A stretch of DNA of 42,361 nt from a virus: the IMG/VR virus record IMGVR_UViG_3300045988_031209, positions 1-42,361 of that record. The stretch is one strand, 5' to 3'. Under the pieces are notes generated by a model, which worked only from the letters and a program-made list of their open reading frames with translations, ran no database searches and was not told the origin of the DNA. Position 1 is the first letter of the stretch; each line of letters starts with the position of its first letter. The translations under genes and the position numbers were made by a program. This document shows, one piece after another, positions 7,393 to 14,574 of this stretch.

Positions 7393-7425
7393 TAGCTTGG
7401 CTATATTATAGCATAGCTGGGCTAT
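7393..7425. promoter_or_regulatory. Candidate operators: 13-bp palindrome GCTATATTATAGC (7400-7412) and direct repeats TAGCT(T/G)GGCTAT (7393-7404, 7414-7425)
   Basis: Read directly. The palindrome overlaps the -10 of the leftward promoter. Confidence 0.6.
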
Positions 7426-7433
7426 CATGTCAA
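7405..7433 (-). promoter_or_regulatory. Early leftward promoter, TTGACA-17-TATAAT
   Basis: Minus strand reads TTGACA tgatagcccagctatgc TATAAT. The -35 is at 7428-7433 and the -10 at 7405-7410. Confidence 0.8.
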
Positions 7434-7465
7434 CACTTTTTTCTTCGCTCAGCTAATTTTTTCTA

Positions 7466-7494
7466 TTGACACGGCTTTGTGCTTGCTGTATAAT
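7466..7494 (+). promoter_or_regulatory. Repressor promoter, TTGACA-17-TATAAT
   Basis: TTGACA at 7466-7471, a 17-nt spacer, and TATAAT at 7489-7494. The RBS AAGGAGG precedes ATG 7518. Confidence 0.8.
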
Positions 7495-7517
7495 AAAGGT
7501 GCAAGGAGGCGTCGCTA

Positions 7518-7892
7518 ATGAACACTCGAATCGAGCAAATCATTGCAGCGCTTAATATCAAGAAGGTTGACTTTGCCAACCGTCTTGGTGTTTCTCAGCC
7601 CTTCGTTTCTGAGCTTTGTTCAGGCCGGAAGGTTCCCAGCGACCGAACGATCTCCGACATCTGCCGTGAGTTTAACGTCAACGAGACGTGGCTGCGGACA
7701 GGCGAAGGAGAGATGTTCAACCAGATAACCCAGTCGGAGAAGCTGGCTGCTTTTCTCGCTGACATTACGGCGAACGAAGAAGACAGCTTCAAACGGCAGT
7801 TTGTGGAAGTTCTGGCCGATCTGGAGCCCGAAGACTGGAAATTTCTTGAGCGGATGGCGAGAAAGCTGCAAAAAAAAGAGGGAAACCCGTAA
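7518..7892 (+). CDS. CI-like lysogeny repressor, XRE-family HTH (124 aa, no peptidase domain)
   Basis: HTH IKKVDFANRLGVSQPFVSELCSGRKVPSDRTISDICREFNVNETWL. It is divergent from the early operon. Confidence 0.85.
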   Translation: MNTRIEQIIAALNIKKVDFANRLGVSQPFVSELCSGRKVPSDRTISDICREFNVNETWLRTGEGEMFNQITQSEKLAAFLADITANEEDSFKRQFVEVLADLEPEDWKFLERMARKLQKKEGNP

Positions 7893-7909
7893 GGGTTCCC
7901 CTTCTTTTG
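7878..7909. terminator. Intrinsic terminator shared by convergent genes
   Basis: Hairpin GAGGGAAACCC-gtaa-GGGTTCCCCTTC followed by TTTT. An A-run lies on the other side, so it may act in both directions. Confidence 0.65.
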
Positions 7910-7919
7910 CTACCTTGAT

Positions 7920-8033
7920 TTATTTAATCAGCCTGCTGGCGTAAACCCAGACCAGGCGCAGCTTGCGCAGGTCTGCCTTTTCCAGCAGTTTGATAATTGC
8001 GTCAATGTAGCCTTGTCGGTCTGTGGTGTTCAT
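7920..8033 (-). CDS. Small protein (37 aa), not in the ORF track
   Basis: ATG 8033 follows GGAGG by 7 nt. Translation MNTTDRQGYIDAIIKLLEKADLRKLRLVWVYASRLIK, stop TAA at 7920-7922. Confidence 0.55.
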   Translation of the reverse strand: MNTTDRQGYIDAIIKLLEKADLRKLRLVWVYASRLIK

Positions 8034-8065
8034 TCTGATGCCTCCTATGTGATGTAAAATTTAAT

Positions 8066-8677
8066 ATGTGTGAGGTGGTTCCCGTGATATGGAATGTTGG
8101 ATTTCGAAAAAATATCACGCGGGTTATCAATGCGGTCTTCAAGAAAAAAGATGATCCCGAAGTCCAAGAGTCGTTGCATTTTGTGCGCCCGAACGCTAAG
8201 TGGAGCAAATCACCAGAGCCCGTTGTTTTAATCGACCCTGACACCGGGGAGGAATTTGTGGATTTCCCGGAAGAAACAATACCGGAACGGATACGGAAGG
8301 TTTTGGACTCTTTTCTAGTGATAGAGAGAACTTCAGATATCGATATTCTATTTTCAAGATATGATATGATTCTTGATACGCTCGATGAGCTCAAGAAGTA
8401 TGAGAGGATGGGGTTCAAATTTGATTTTAGCCCTACTGAGCTTTATAACATGATGAAATTTTCTCTCGTTGACCTTTTTGAGGTTGTTGTCGAAAATTCT
8501 TATATCAAGCAGCTGGAAAAACTCCTGACTTTGAAAACTCAAAAGGGAAAAGCAAACTCTATTCAAAAGTGGAAAGATTCTTTTTCGGATGAACGAATTA
8601 CAAATTCAATGATGGGTTGTGTGGTTTTACGTTTTGACAAAATGCAGAATTTTATAAAATCAAAAGATGAGGTGTAA
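8066..8677 (+). CDS. Hypothetical protein (203 aa), AT-rich; first gene of the lysogeny-side cassette
   Basis: Hand counts give about 35-42% GC on sampled 60-nt lines, against about 57% in the flanks. The more likely start is GTG 8084, 6 nt after GAGGTG. No family recognised. Confidence 0.7.
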   Translation: MCEVVPVIWNVGFRKNITRVINAVFKKKDDPEVQESLHFVRPNAKWSKSPEPVVLIDPDTGEEFVDFPEETIPERIRKVLDSFLVIERTSDIDILFSRYDMILDTLDELKKYERMGFKFDFSPTELYNMMKFSLVDLFEVVVENSYIKQLEKLLTLKTQKGKANSIQKWKDSFSDERITNSMMGCVVLRFDKMQNFIKSKDEV

Positions 8678-8679
8678 TC

Positions 8680-9393
8680 ATGGCAAATACCTGTCCGGTC
8701 TGCGGCGGCAAGCTGGGTCTGCTGAACCGTGAGAAAAGCGTTGACGGCTTGATTTGCGCCAGCTGCAGCAACTTTTTCTTTTCAAAATTGGGCATCCGGG
8801 CAGCAAAGCAACCGACAGCTGCCCTTGCGGACTACTGGGCTACACTGGAACAGCGTCGGAAGGCGTTCGAAGAAACCGATTCCATTTATGATGGTGACGC
8901 ACTCTTTGTGTCGATTGACAAACCCAACCGGATGTTTTGCATTGGACACCGCAGCGGCGACAAAGGCCCGCGCGTAATCTACAGCTTTGATGAGGTCGCC
9001 GGGTATGAGTCAGATGCGGATGACGTGATGGTCACGCAGTCCATTGGCGGCATTGGCCGTGCTGTGGTAGGCGCTGCCATTGCCGGGCCGGTCGGTGCAA
9101 TCGTGGGCGCATCCACCGCCAAAAGCGAGACCAGGAAGGGGCGCGGAAAGGAAAATGTCTCCATCCGCTTCGCACTTCCTCTGGGAGAGCAGGTTCTGCC
9201 TGTCCAGAAGTATCCGGGCGGCATTACTGAGTTTTTGAAGGAATGCGTTTCCGGCAGGGAAAAGGTGTCAGCTTCAACAGCTGCGTCGGGAAGCGTTGCG
9301 GATGAGCTGCTGAAATTCAAACAGCTTCTTGATCTCGGTGCCATCACCGAGGATGAGTATGCAGCAAAGAAATCTCAACTTCTTGGTATGTAA
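8680..9393 (+). CDS. Zinc-ribbon (DUF4428-like) / glycine-zipper / SHOCT-domain protein (237 aa)
   Basis: CPVCGGK...CASC, then GGIGRAVVGAAIAGPVGAIVGAS, and C-terminal ELLKFKQLLDLGAITEDEYAAKKSQLL. The ATG lies 2 nt after the upstream stop, with GAGGTG inside the upstream gene. Confidence 0.8.
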   Translation: MANTCPVCGGKLGLLNREKSVDGLICASCSNFFFSKLGIRAAKQPTAALADYWATLEQRRKAFEETDSIYDGDALFVSIDKPNRMFCIGHRSGDKGPRVIYSFDEVAGYESDADDVMVTQSIGGIGRAVVGAAIAGPVGAIVGASTAKSETRKGRGKENVSIRFALPLGEQVLPVQKYPGGITEFLKECVSGREKVSASTAASGSVADELLKFKQLLDLGAITEDEYAAKKSQLLGM

Positions 9394-9450
9394 ACCTGTT
9401 CACAACCGAATTATACAACCGCACGTTGTCGTAGCCAATGGGTTTACCCA

Positions 9451-9675
9451 TCACTCTTTTTGATAGGTTTCATCAAACTGTTGCATTTTTTGCAACAGCT
9501 CCCCTGCCCCGGTCTCTGCGCCGCCGGGCGTTTTGGCTGCCGCATGTAAGGTGTGTAGGGCATTGACCTTGCGGGCGGCATACATCATGGCACGCGCCTG
9601 CTGCTCCGGTGTCATATCGACGTAGCAGGCCAGCGCCGCGCGGATGTGATTGCAGAAATGGCTTGTCTTTTCCAT
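9451..9675 (-). CDS. Hypothetical protein (74 aa)
   Basis: ATG 9675 follows GGGAGGA by 6 nt and is coupled to the upstream 36-aa ORF. Confidence 0.6.
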   Translation of the reverse strand: MEKTSHFCNHIRAALACYVDMTPEQQARAMMYAARKVNALHTLHAAAKTPGGAETGAGELLQKMQQFDETYQKE

Positions 9676-9677
9676 GG

Positions 9678-9788
9678 TCAGTCCTCCCAAGGCTGCGGGG
9701 TGCGCTCGGTTCCGGTCAAAACGCTGGCAGGCATCCCGTCAATGATGGTCGTTTCGGTTCCTTTACCGTTTCTTTGATCAAAATCCAT
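9678..9788 (-). CDS. Small protein (36 aa)
   Basis: ATG 9788 follows AAAGGGGA by 7 nt. Translation MDFDQRNGKGTETTIIDGMPASVLTGTERTPQPWED. Confidence 0.45.
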   Translation of the reverse strand: MDFDQRNGKGTETTIIDGMPASVLTGTERTPQPWED

Positions 9789-9834
9789 TTTGTTTTCCCC
9801 TTTCTTTTGTGCATATTTATGTCTTATGTTCCAG

Positions 9835-9843
9835 ATTTTACCA
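9835..9843 (-). promoter_or_regulatory. Extended -10 element TGGTAAAAT
   Basis: Minus strand reads ...gcaTGGTAAAATctgg, about 45 nt upstream of ATG 9788. The -35 is weak. Confidence 0.4.
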
Positions 9844-9881
9844 TGCGCCGTTGGAAAATAAAACACGGATATTTTTTGTCG

Positions 9882-9908
9882 AATGGCGCAGAATTTTTCT
9901 GCGCCATT
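9882..9908. promoter_or_regulatory. Perfect 11-bp inverted repeat AATGGCGCAGA-attttt-TCTGCGCCATT (operator or terminator-like)
   Basis: Read directly. It lies in the divergent intergenic region, 39 nt upstream of ATG 9947. Confidence 0.55.
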
Positions 9909-9946
9909 TTCTGTTAAAAACACGCTGGTTTTATGGGGGCGAAAGT

Positions 9947-10534
9947 ATGAGTTATTTTACGGCGACCCAGATCGGGAAAGCGCTTGCAAAAACCCGGGTA
10001 TCTGCTGGCCTGAGTCAAGCGGAGATCGCAAGGCGCATCGAAAAAGGGGAGCGAACAGTGCAGAGCTGGGAAAAAGGCTGCACCAGCCCGGACAGCGACG
10101 AGATCATGGATTGGTGTACGGCCTGCGGGGCATCCCCCATCGCCGTGTTTATGGAGATGATCCACCCGGAGCTGTACGCGACACCCGATGACGGAAAGAC
10201 CGACACAGAGCTGGACGCGGAGCTGTGCCGCTTTGTGGTAAACTTGCCACCGCTGACGAAACGACTGCTTCTTTTCGTGCTGAAGGGCAACCATGGCAGC
10301 AGCCCGCCCGCTGTGATCTCCGAGGTAGCCGCCAACCTGCACTGCCCACTCAACAACCGGGTCAGCGTGTGCGGAATCATCATCAACCAATACAATTTTG
10401 CCCAGAACATGGGATTAGACCCCTGCCCGGACGACCCACAGCCGCCAATAGACGATTTGAAGGTAACTTACAAGGCCGGGCGTGAAGCTTCGGAAAAAGG
10501 CGCGCAGGGTTACATCGGGCGAAAAAAGGAGTAA
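9947..10534 (+). CDS. XRE-family HTH protein (195 aa) with unknown C-terminal domain, co-oriented with int
   Basis: HTH KTRVSAGLSQAEIARRIEKGERTVQSWEKG. Its stop is 3 nt before the int start. Confidence 0.8.
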   Translation: MSYFTATQIGKALAKTRVSAGLSQAEIARRIEKGERTVQSWEKGCTSPDSDEIMDWCTACGASPIAVFMEMIHPELYATPDDGKTDTELDAELCRFVVNLPPLTKRLLLFVLKGNHGSSPPAVISEVAANLHCPLNNRVSVCGIIINQYNFAQNMGLDPCPDDPQPPIDDLKVTYKAGREASEKGAQGYIGRKKE

Positions 10535-10537
10535 GCT

Positions 10538-11671
10538 ATGAAGTGCGTAAGACCATGTTGCCGGAAGGAGATCCCGGATGGTGCTTCTTTTTGTCCGTGG
10601 TGCGGGAAGAAACAGCCGGAAGCCGCCCCGCAGCAAAGAAAAAAACGCCGCCGTCCAAAGGGCAGCGGCAGCGTGTATAAACTGAGTGGAGCGCGGGCAA
10701 GACCGTATGTTGCGCTTACAGCCAAAAGGGACGTTCTGGGGACGTTTGAAACGGCAGGCGAAGCAGTACAAGCACTGGACGCTTACAACGCCCAGAACAC
10801 CCCCGCAGCGCGTCTGAAGTGCACTTTTGCGGATGCCTATACCCAATGGAAAGCACAGCCCAAATTTAACAAGCTCAGCACGGACATGCAAAAGGGGTAC
10901 GAGCTAGCCTATGCAAAGGCTACGCCGCTATACGACCGACAATTGCGGGACTTGAAAGCGGCAGATTATCAACAGGTCATTGACGCAATGGTGGAAAAGG
11001 GACTCTCCCGAAGCTCCTGCGAAAAGCAGCGCACGCTTTTTAGCCAGATCTGCGAGTGGGCAATGGCGCAGGACATCATAAACAAAAATTATGCCATGCT
11101 GCTGCAGCTCCCGGCGGCTACAGGAAAAGCAGAGCGCACCCTTACCGCCCAAGAGATCGAGCAGATCAGCAGCCGACAGAATGACCCAAGGTTTGGGCAA
11201 ACGGCACAAATCGCAATGGTGTTGCTTTATACCGGTATGCGCATTGACGAGCTGCTTTCCATGCGCTGCGAGGATGTGCATCTGAAAGAGCGGTACATGC
11301 AGGGCGGCGAAAAGACCGAGGCAGGCAAAAACCGCATTATCCCCATCCTTGAGCCCATTTACAAGATCATTGCCTTTTGGATGCTTGACAGCGGGTGTGA
11401 ATGGCTGATTCCATCCAAGGCCGGCACAAAGCTGGATAAGCGCAACGTGGCTACAAAGTTCCGGGCGTTGATGCAGGAATGCCATATAGAGGGCGTGCAC
11501 CCGCATACACTGCGTCATACCGCCAGCAGTAAGATGGTGGAGTGCGGCTTAGAAAAGACCGCCGTGCAGGCCATCTTGGGTCACAAAAATTTCTCCACCA
11601 CGGCCAACAAGTACGTGTCCCACAACAACCCAGCCTATTTGTTGCAGGAAATGCAGAAGATGAAGTACTGA
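10538..11671 (+). CDS. int: Tyrosine integrase with N-terminal zinc ribbon and AP2-like arm-binding domain
   Basis: CCRKEIPDGASFCPWCG, then GSGSVYKLSGARARPYVALT...FETAGEAVQALDAYN. Catalytic region HTLRHTASSKMVECGLEKTAVQAILGHKNFSTTANKYV. Confidence 0.9.
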   Translation: MKCVRPCCRKEIPDGASFCPWCGKKQPEAAPQQRKKRRRPKGSGSVYKLSGARARPYVALTAKRDVLGTFETAGEAVQALDAYNAQNTPAARLKCTFADAYTQWKAQPKFNKLSTDMQKGYELAYAKATPLYDRQLRDLKAADYQQVIDAMVEKGLSRSSCEKQRTLFSQICEWAMAQDIINKNYAMLLQLPAATGKAERTLTAQEIEQISSRQNDPRFGQTAQIAMVLLYTGMRIDELLSMRCEDVHLKERYMQGGEKTEAGKNRIIPILEPIYKIIAFWMLDSGCEWLIPSKAGTKLDKRNVATKFRALMQECHIEGVHPHTLRHTASSKMVECGLEKTAVQAILGHKNFSTTANKYVSHNNPAYLLQEMQKMKY

Positions 11672-11739
11672 TTTGCTAGATTGTTTGTTGGATTATCACG
11701 CGTTTTCAGGTGTTTTCGCACAGTTTCAGTAAAAAGAAA

Positions 11740-11782
11740 AGCGTATAGGCAACTTGTTTTTATCGCCTATACGCTTATTTTT
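11740..11782 (+). terminator. Intrinsic terminator after int
   Basis: An 11-bp stem AGCGTATAGGC/GCCTATACGCT with a 14-nt loop, followed by TATTTTT. Confidence 0.7.
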
Positions 11783-11830
11783 GGAGCTGGTGACAGGAGT
11801 TGAACCTGCAACCCACTGATTACAAATCAA
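11782..11830 (-). other. attP core: copy of the 3' part of a tRNA-Thr(UGU), from the anticodon stem to CCA
   Basis: Minus strand reads ttga tttgtaa tcagt gggtt gcagg ttcaact cctgt caccagc t cca. The anticodon loop carries UGU. There is no D-arm or 5' acceptor upstream, so it is not a gene. Confidence 0.75.
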
Positions 11831-11943
11831 GTTTATTTAACGTGTTAATGTAAATAATTATCAATTTGTTAACTTATTGTTAGACTATGTGCCTCGTGCC
11901 CAAACGCTGAATCTTATGTAAAAATAGCACATTCTATGCCTTT

Positions 11944-12276
11944 TTACAAGTCGCTTATCTTTCGCATTACAAGCTCATACTCTTTTGGGTACACCAGCTT
12001 TATTGCCTTCATGTGCTCGTCAAGCACCTGCATCAGACCGCCAAAAGGAACAGAGCTGGCAGCCGCCACAAAGTCGCTTTGCGGATTTGCTTTTGTGGAG
12101 TATTCCGCCGGGTGCGACGTGGGAGGCAGTGCTTGAGTCTGCATTTCTGCCGGTGCCTGCTTTTCTTCCAGCTCATTTCTCACAGTGCAGAGGGCGGCAA
12201 GCTTTTCCACGCTCTGCCAGTCGGTCGAGCCGCATTTAAGCTTGTGGATGTGGTCATTGATCTCATCGATGTCCAT
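11944..12276 (-). CDS. Hypothetical protein (110 aa), last gene before attP
   Basis: ATG follows a GGAGGAGGG-type RBS. Confidence 0.7.
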   Translation of the reverse strand: MDIDEINDHIHKLKCGSTDWQSVEKLAALCTVRNELEEKQAPAEMQTQALPPTSHPAEYSTKANPQSDFVAAASSVPFGGLMQVLDEHMKAIKLVYPKEYELVMRKISDL

Positions 12277-12294
12277 ACCTTCCGCCCTCCTCCC

Positions 12295-12690
12295 TTATGC
12301 GTTGCGCAGAATGTCCGCCGCGCGTTTGTAAGCGTCTCGCTCTGCGCCGGTGGCGTCCTGCATCATGTCCTCGATGTCGGAGATCATACGCTCTCTGCCA
12401 TCGCCGCGCGAGTAGTGCCCGCGCACATAATGCCGGCCGCGGTTTGCGTAGCTGTTGCCACGGTTGTAGTTTTCGGTGCGCCCATAGTTTCCGCGCATGT
12501 CCGCTTCCCGCTCGCCCGCACGGCTGTACTCGCCGCCCTCGCAGTAATCCTCGATGCGGTGAATGTCCAAAATGATGTCCACGATCTCGCCGATCATCTC
12601 AACATCGCCAGGGGACCGGTTCTTTTTGTCGGTCAGCTCCATGAGCTCGTCGCACATTTCATCCTTCAGATGATTCAGTTTATCCAGCAT
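12295..12690 (-). CDS. Hypothetical protein (131 aa), acidic N-terminus, R/G/Y/N-rich centre
   Basis: ATG follows AAGGAG by 8 nt. Central stretch RGNYGRTENYNRGNSYANRGRHYVRGHYSRGDG. Confidence 0.7.
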   Translation of the reverse strand: MLDKLNHLKDEMCDELMELTDKKNRSPGDVEMIGEIVDIILDIHRIEDYCEGGEYSRAGEREADMRGNYGRTENYNRGNSYANRGRHYVRGHYSRGDGRERMISDIEDMMQDATGAERDAYKRAADILRNA

Positions 12691-12706
12691 GACTTTATCT
12701 CCTTTC

Positions 12707-13129
12707 TTATGCTACCCGCTCAACGATCAGGTTGCTGTTTGCAATGCTGACCGCCTGCGCGCTGGTGTTCTTAACCGCCACAGTCACGCAGCAGCCGCGC
12801 GGCACCTCGATGAACGCCGCAACGAAAACGTTGAAGTAATTTTCGACTGCCGCCGGGGTGACAATAGCTGTCGCACTGGTCATCGACTCACCGCCGACAG
12901 CCAGCGCCACGGAAATGGGTCCCACAGTGCCGCCGGTGGGAATGGCGATATTGCCGCCAAAGCTTACCTTGAAGCGCGCTTTGCACTGATTGGTCAGGCC
13001 TCGCAGAGTCACAAGGCCGCTGCCCTCACGGTGCATGATGCAGGCAGGGGCTTTCACCGCGGTCTCGGTCAGGGGAAAGTTTTCACCCGCCGCCACACTG
13101 ACGGTGTTAGAGTTGCTAAATTCAGCCAT
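12707..13129 (-). CDS. Small all-beta protein (140 aa), C1q/TNF-like (BclA C-terminal-domain-like) by pattern
   Basis: ATG 13129 follows AAGGAGG by 9 nt. Alternating beta-strand pattern ...FKVSFGGNIAIPTGGTVGPISVALAVGGE...CCVTVAVKNTSAQAVSIANSNLIVERVA. Confidence 0.7.
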   Translation of the reverse strand: MAEFSNSNTVSVAAGENFPLTETAVKAPACIMHREGSGLVTLRGLTNQCKARFKVSFGGNIAIPTGGTVGPISVALAVGGESMTSATAIVTPAAVENYFNVFVAAFIEVPRGCCVTVAVKNTSAQAVSIANSNLIVERVA

Positions 13130-13343
13130 TATCCGAAACCTCCTTTTCTGCACAAACAGGCGCATTTACCGCATAAACGGTTTTTAAGATATCCATCCAA
13201 GAATTGGATGGATCTGCTTTTTCCGTATCAAGCAGGGTTTTCAAAATGAAAACATAAGTGTTCAATTCCATCATGCTCATTTTGTTCTTATCCATGCTGT
13301 ACAGATAATCTACAAACTGCTGTTTCAGCTCTGCTACGGTCAT
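13122..13343 (-). CDS. Hypothetical protein (73 aa)
   Basis: ATG follows AAGGAG by 7 nt and is the first gene after a terminator. Confidence 0.65.
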   Translation of the reverse strand: MTVAELKQQFVDYLYSMDKNKMSMMELNTYVFILKTLLDTEKADPSNSWMDILKTVYAVNAPVCAEKEVSDNG

Positions 13344-13361
13344 TCAAATACTCCTTTCATA

Positions 13362-13390
13362 GAAAAACGCCGGGACTTTTGCCCCGGCGC
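13362..13390 (-). terminator. Intrinsic terminator
   Basis: Minus strand reads CGCCGGGG-caaaag-TCCCGGCG followed by TTTTT. Confidence 0.7.
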
Positions 13391-13456
13391 TCTGGTTTGC
13401 AAAATCAGCTCAGGGGCTGAACATTTTCCATTTTGGAAAAAGTTGCCGTGATTCGG

Positions 13457-14296
13457 TTATGCGCAGTTGCCGCAGCCGGTCCCACAGCCATAGTAAATGG
13501 CGTTGGGGTTGGGCACCTGATAGGCAGGCACGGGAGCTTTCTGCTGCAGAGTCCCGATGATCTGGTTGGTCTGCGCGTTCATCGCGGTGGTCAGGAACGC
13601 GCTCTGGCGATCCTGAGAAGCAGCCCGGCGCAGCTCGTTGTTCTCGCTCTGCAGGGTGGCGATCTTATCGTTGGTCAGGAAGTCGAGCACCGCGCGGGTG
13701 TTGCTGTTCTGATTCTCGATGATGTCCCGGGTGTTGTTGTTCATGGTGTTCTGCGTTGCGCAGAAGCCCTGCTGCATCTGGTTCCGGGTGTCGCACTCCT
13801 GCGTGGCCAGATTGTAGTTGACTCCCTGGATCGCGGTCTGGGTCTTGCAGCAGCAGTCTGCCAGCTGTGTAGCCAGAGCATTCTGCCCCTGCATCAGCGA
13901 AACGTTGGTGCTGTTGAAGCCCTGCTGCATGGCGTTGGTGACACCGTTCAGGCCCTGCTGCACGCCGTTGAAGCCCTGAAGCATCCCGGTGTTCATGGCA
14001 TAGAAGCCATCACACAGGCCGCTTTCCAGCCCGTTCAGCTTGTTCATGACGCTCTGGTTGTCGAAGCCGCGCTGCAGGTCTGCCTGGGTCACTGCGCTGG
14101 TCATATAAGGCGAAGCACTGCCCATGCCGCCGCCCCAACCAAAGCCGCCCATGCCGCCCCAGCCGAACATGCCGAAAATCAGGAAGAGGACGATCCACCC
14201 CATCCAGTCGCCGCCCCAGCCGTTGAAGCCGTTGCTGTAACCGTTGGCGGGCTGTACCGGCATGGTCAGAACCGTGCTATCAGAAGAAAGAGACAT
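13457..14296 (-). CDS. Membrane-anchored Gln/Asn-rich repeat protein (279 aa) with Cys-rich C-terminus
   Basis: G/W-rich TM region GWGGDWMGWIVLFLIFGMFGWGGMGGFGWGGG. About 15 units of roughly 11 residues follow (MLQGFNGVQQG / LNGVTNAMQQG ...). The protein ends YYGCGTGCGNCA. Confidence 0.75.
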   Translation of the reverse strand: MSLSSDSTVLTMPVQPANGYSNGFNGWGGDWMGWIVLFLIFGMFGWGGMGGFGWGGGMGSASPYMTSAVTQADLQRGFDNQSVMNKLNGLESGLCDGFYAMNTGMLQGFNGVQQGLNGVTNAMQQGFNSTNVSLMQGQNALATQLADCCCKTQTAIQGVNYNLATQECDTRNQMQQGFCATQNTMNNNTRDIIENQNSNTRAVLDFLTNDKIATLQSENNELRRAASQDRQSAFLTTAMNAQTNQIIGTLQQKAPVPAYQVPNPNAIYYGCGTGCGNCA

Positions 14297-14349
14297 AGTT
14301 TTACTCCTTTACGTTAAATTTTGAAATTTATTCTAAATGCGGCCGCATT

Positions 14350-14574
14350 TTAGAATCCAAACATATTTTTCATGCCGTTGAGCATCGGCGCAATCTGCTG
14401 CGCCCGCTGCTGAATGGCGTTGAGCTGCTGCTGTGAGAGCTGGCCGGATGTGAGCATCTGGTTTATCATCTCCTGCGGGTTTTTCCCCTGCATCTGGCCC
14501 ATAAACTGCTGAAACTGCCCGCCAATGGGGTTCTGGGCCTGTCGGCCCATCGAATCAAACAAGCTGCTGCTCAT
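14350..14574 (-). CDS. Gln-rich small protein (74 aa)
   Basis: ATG follows GGAGGG by 7 nt. Translation MSSSLFDSMGRQAQNPIGGQFQQFMGQMQGKNPQEM... A hairpin containing GCGGCCGC lies right after the stop. Confidence 0.65.
   Translation of the reverse strand: MSSSLFDSMGRQAQNPIGGQFQQFMGQMQGKNPQEMINQMLTSGQLSQQQLNAIQQRAQQIAPMLNGMKNMFGF

Noticed and set aside
8066-8083. ATG 8066 as the start of the AT-rich gene
   Set aside because: It has no SD and lies only 7 nt after a -10-like TAAAAT. GTG 8084 follows GAGGTG by 6 nt. I kept the longer coordinates in the feature but flagged the alternative.
11782-11831. A complete tRNA gene next to int
   Set aside because: Only the anticodon stem-loop, variable loop, T-arm and 3' acceptor are present. 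The upstream sequence (cattaacacgttaaataaac) cannot form a D-arm or 5' acceptor. I interpret it as the attP core.
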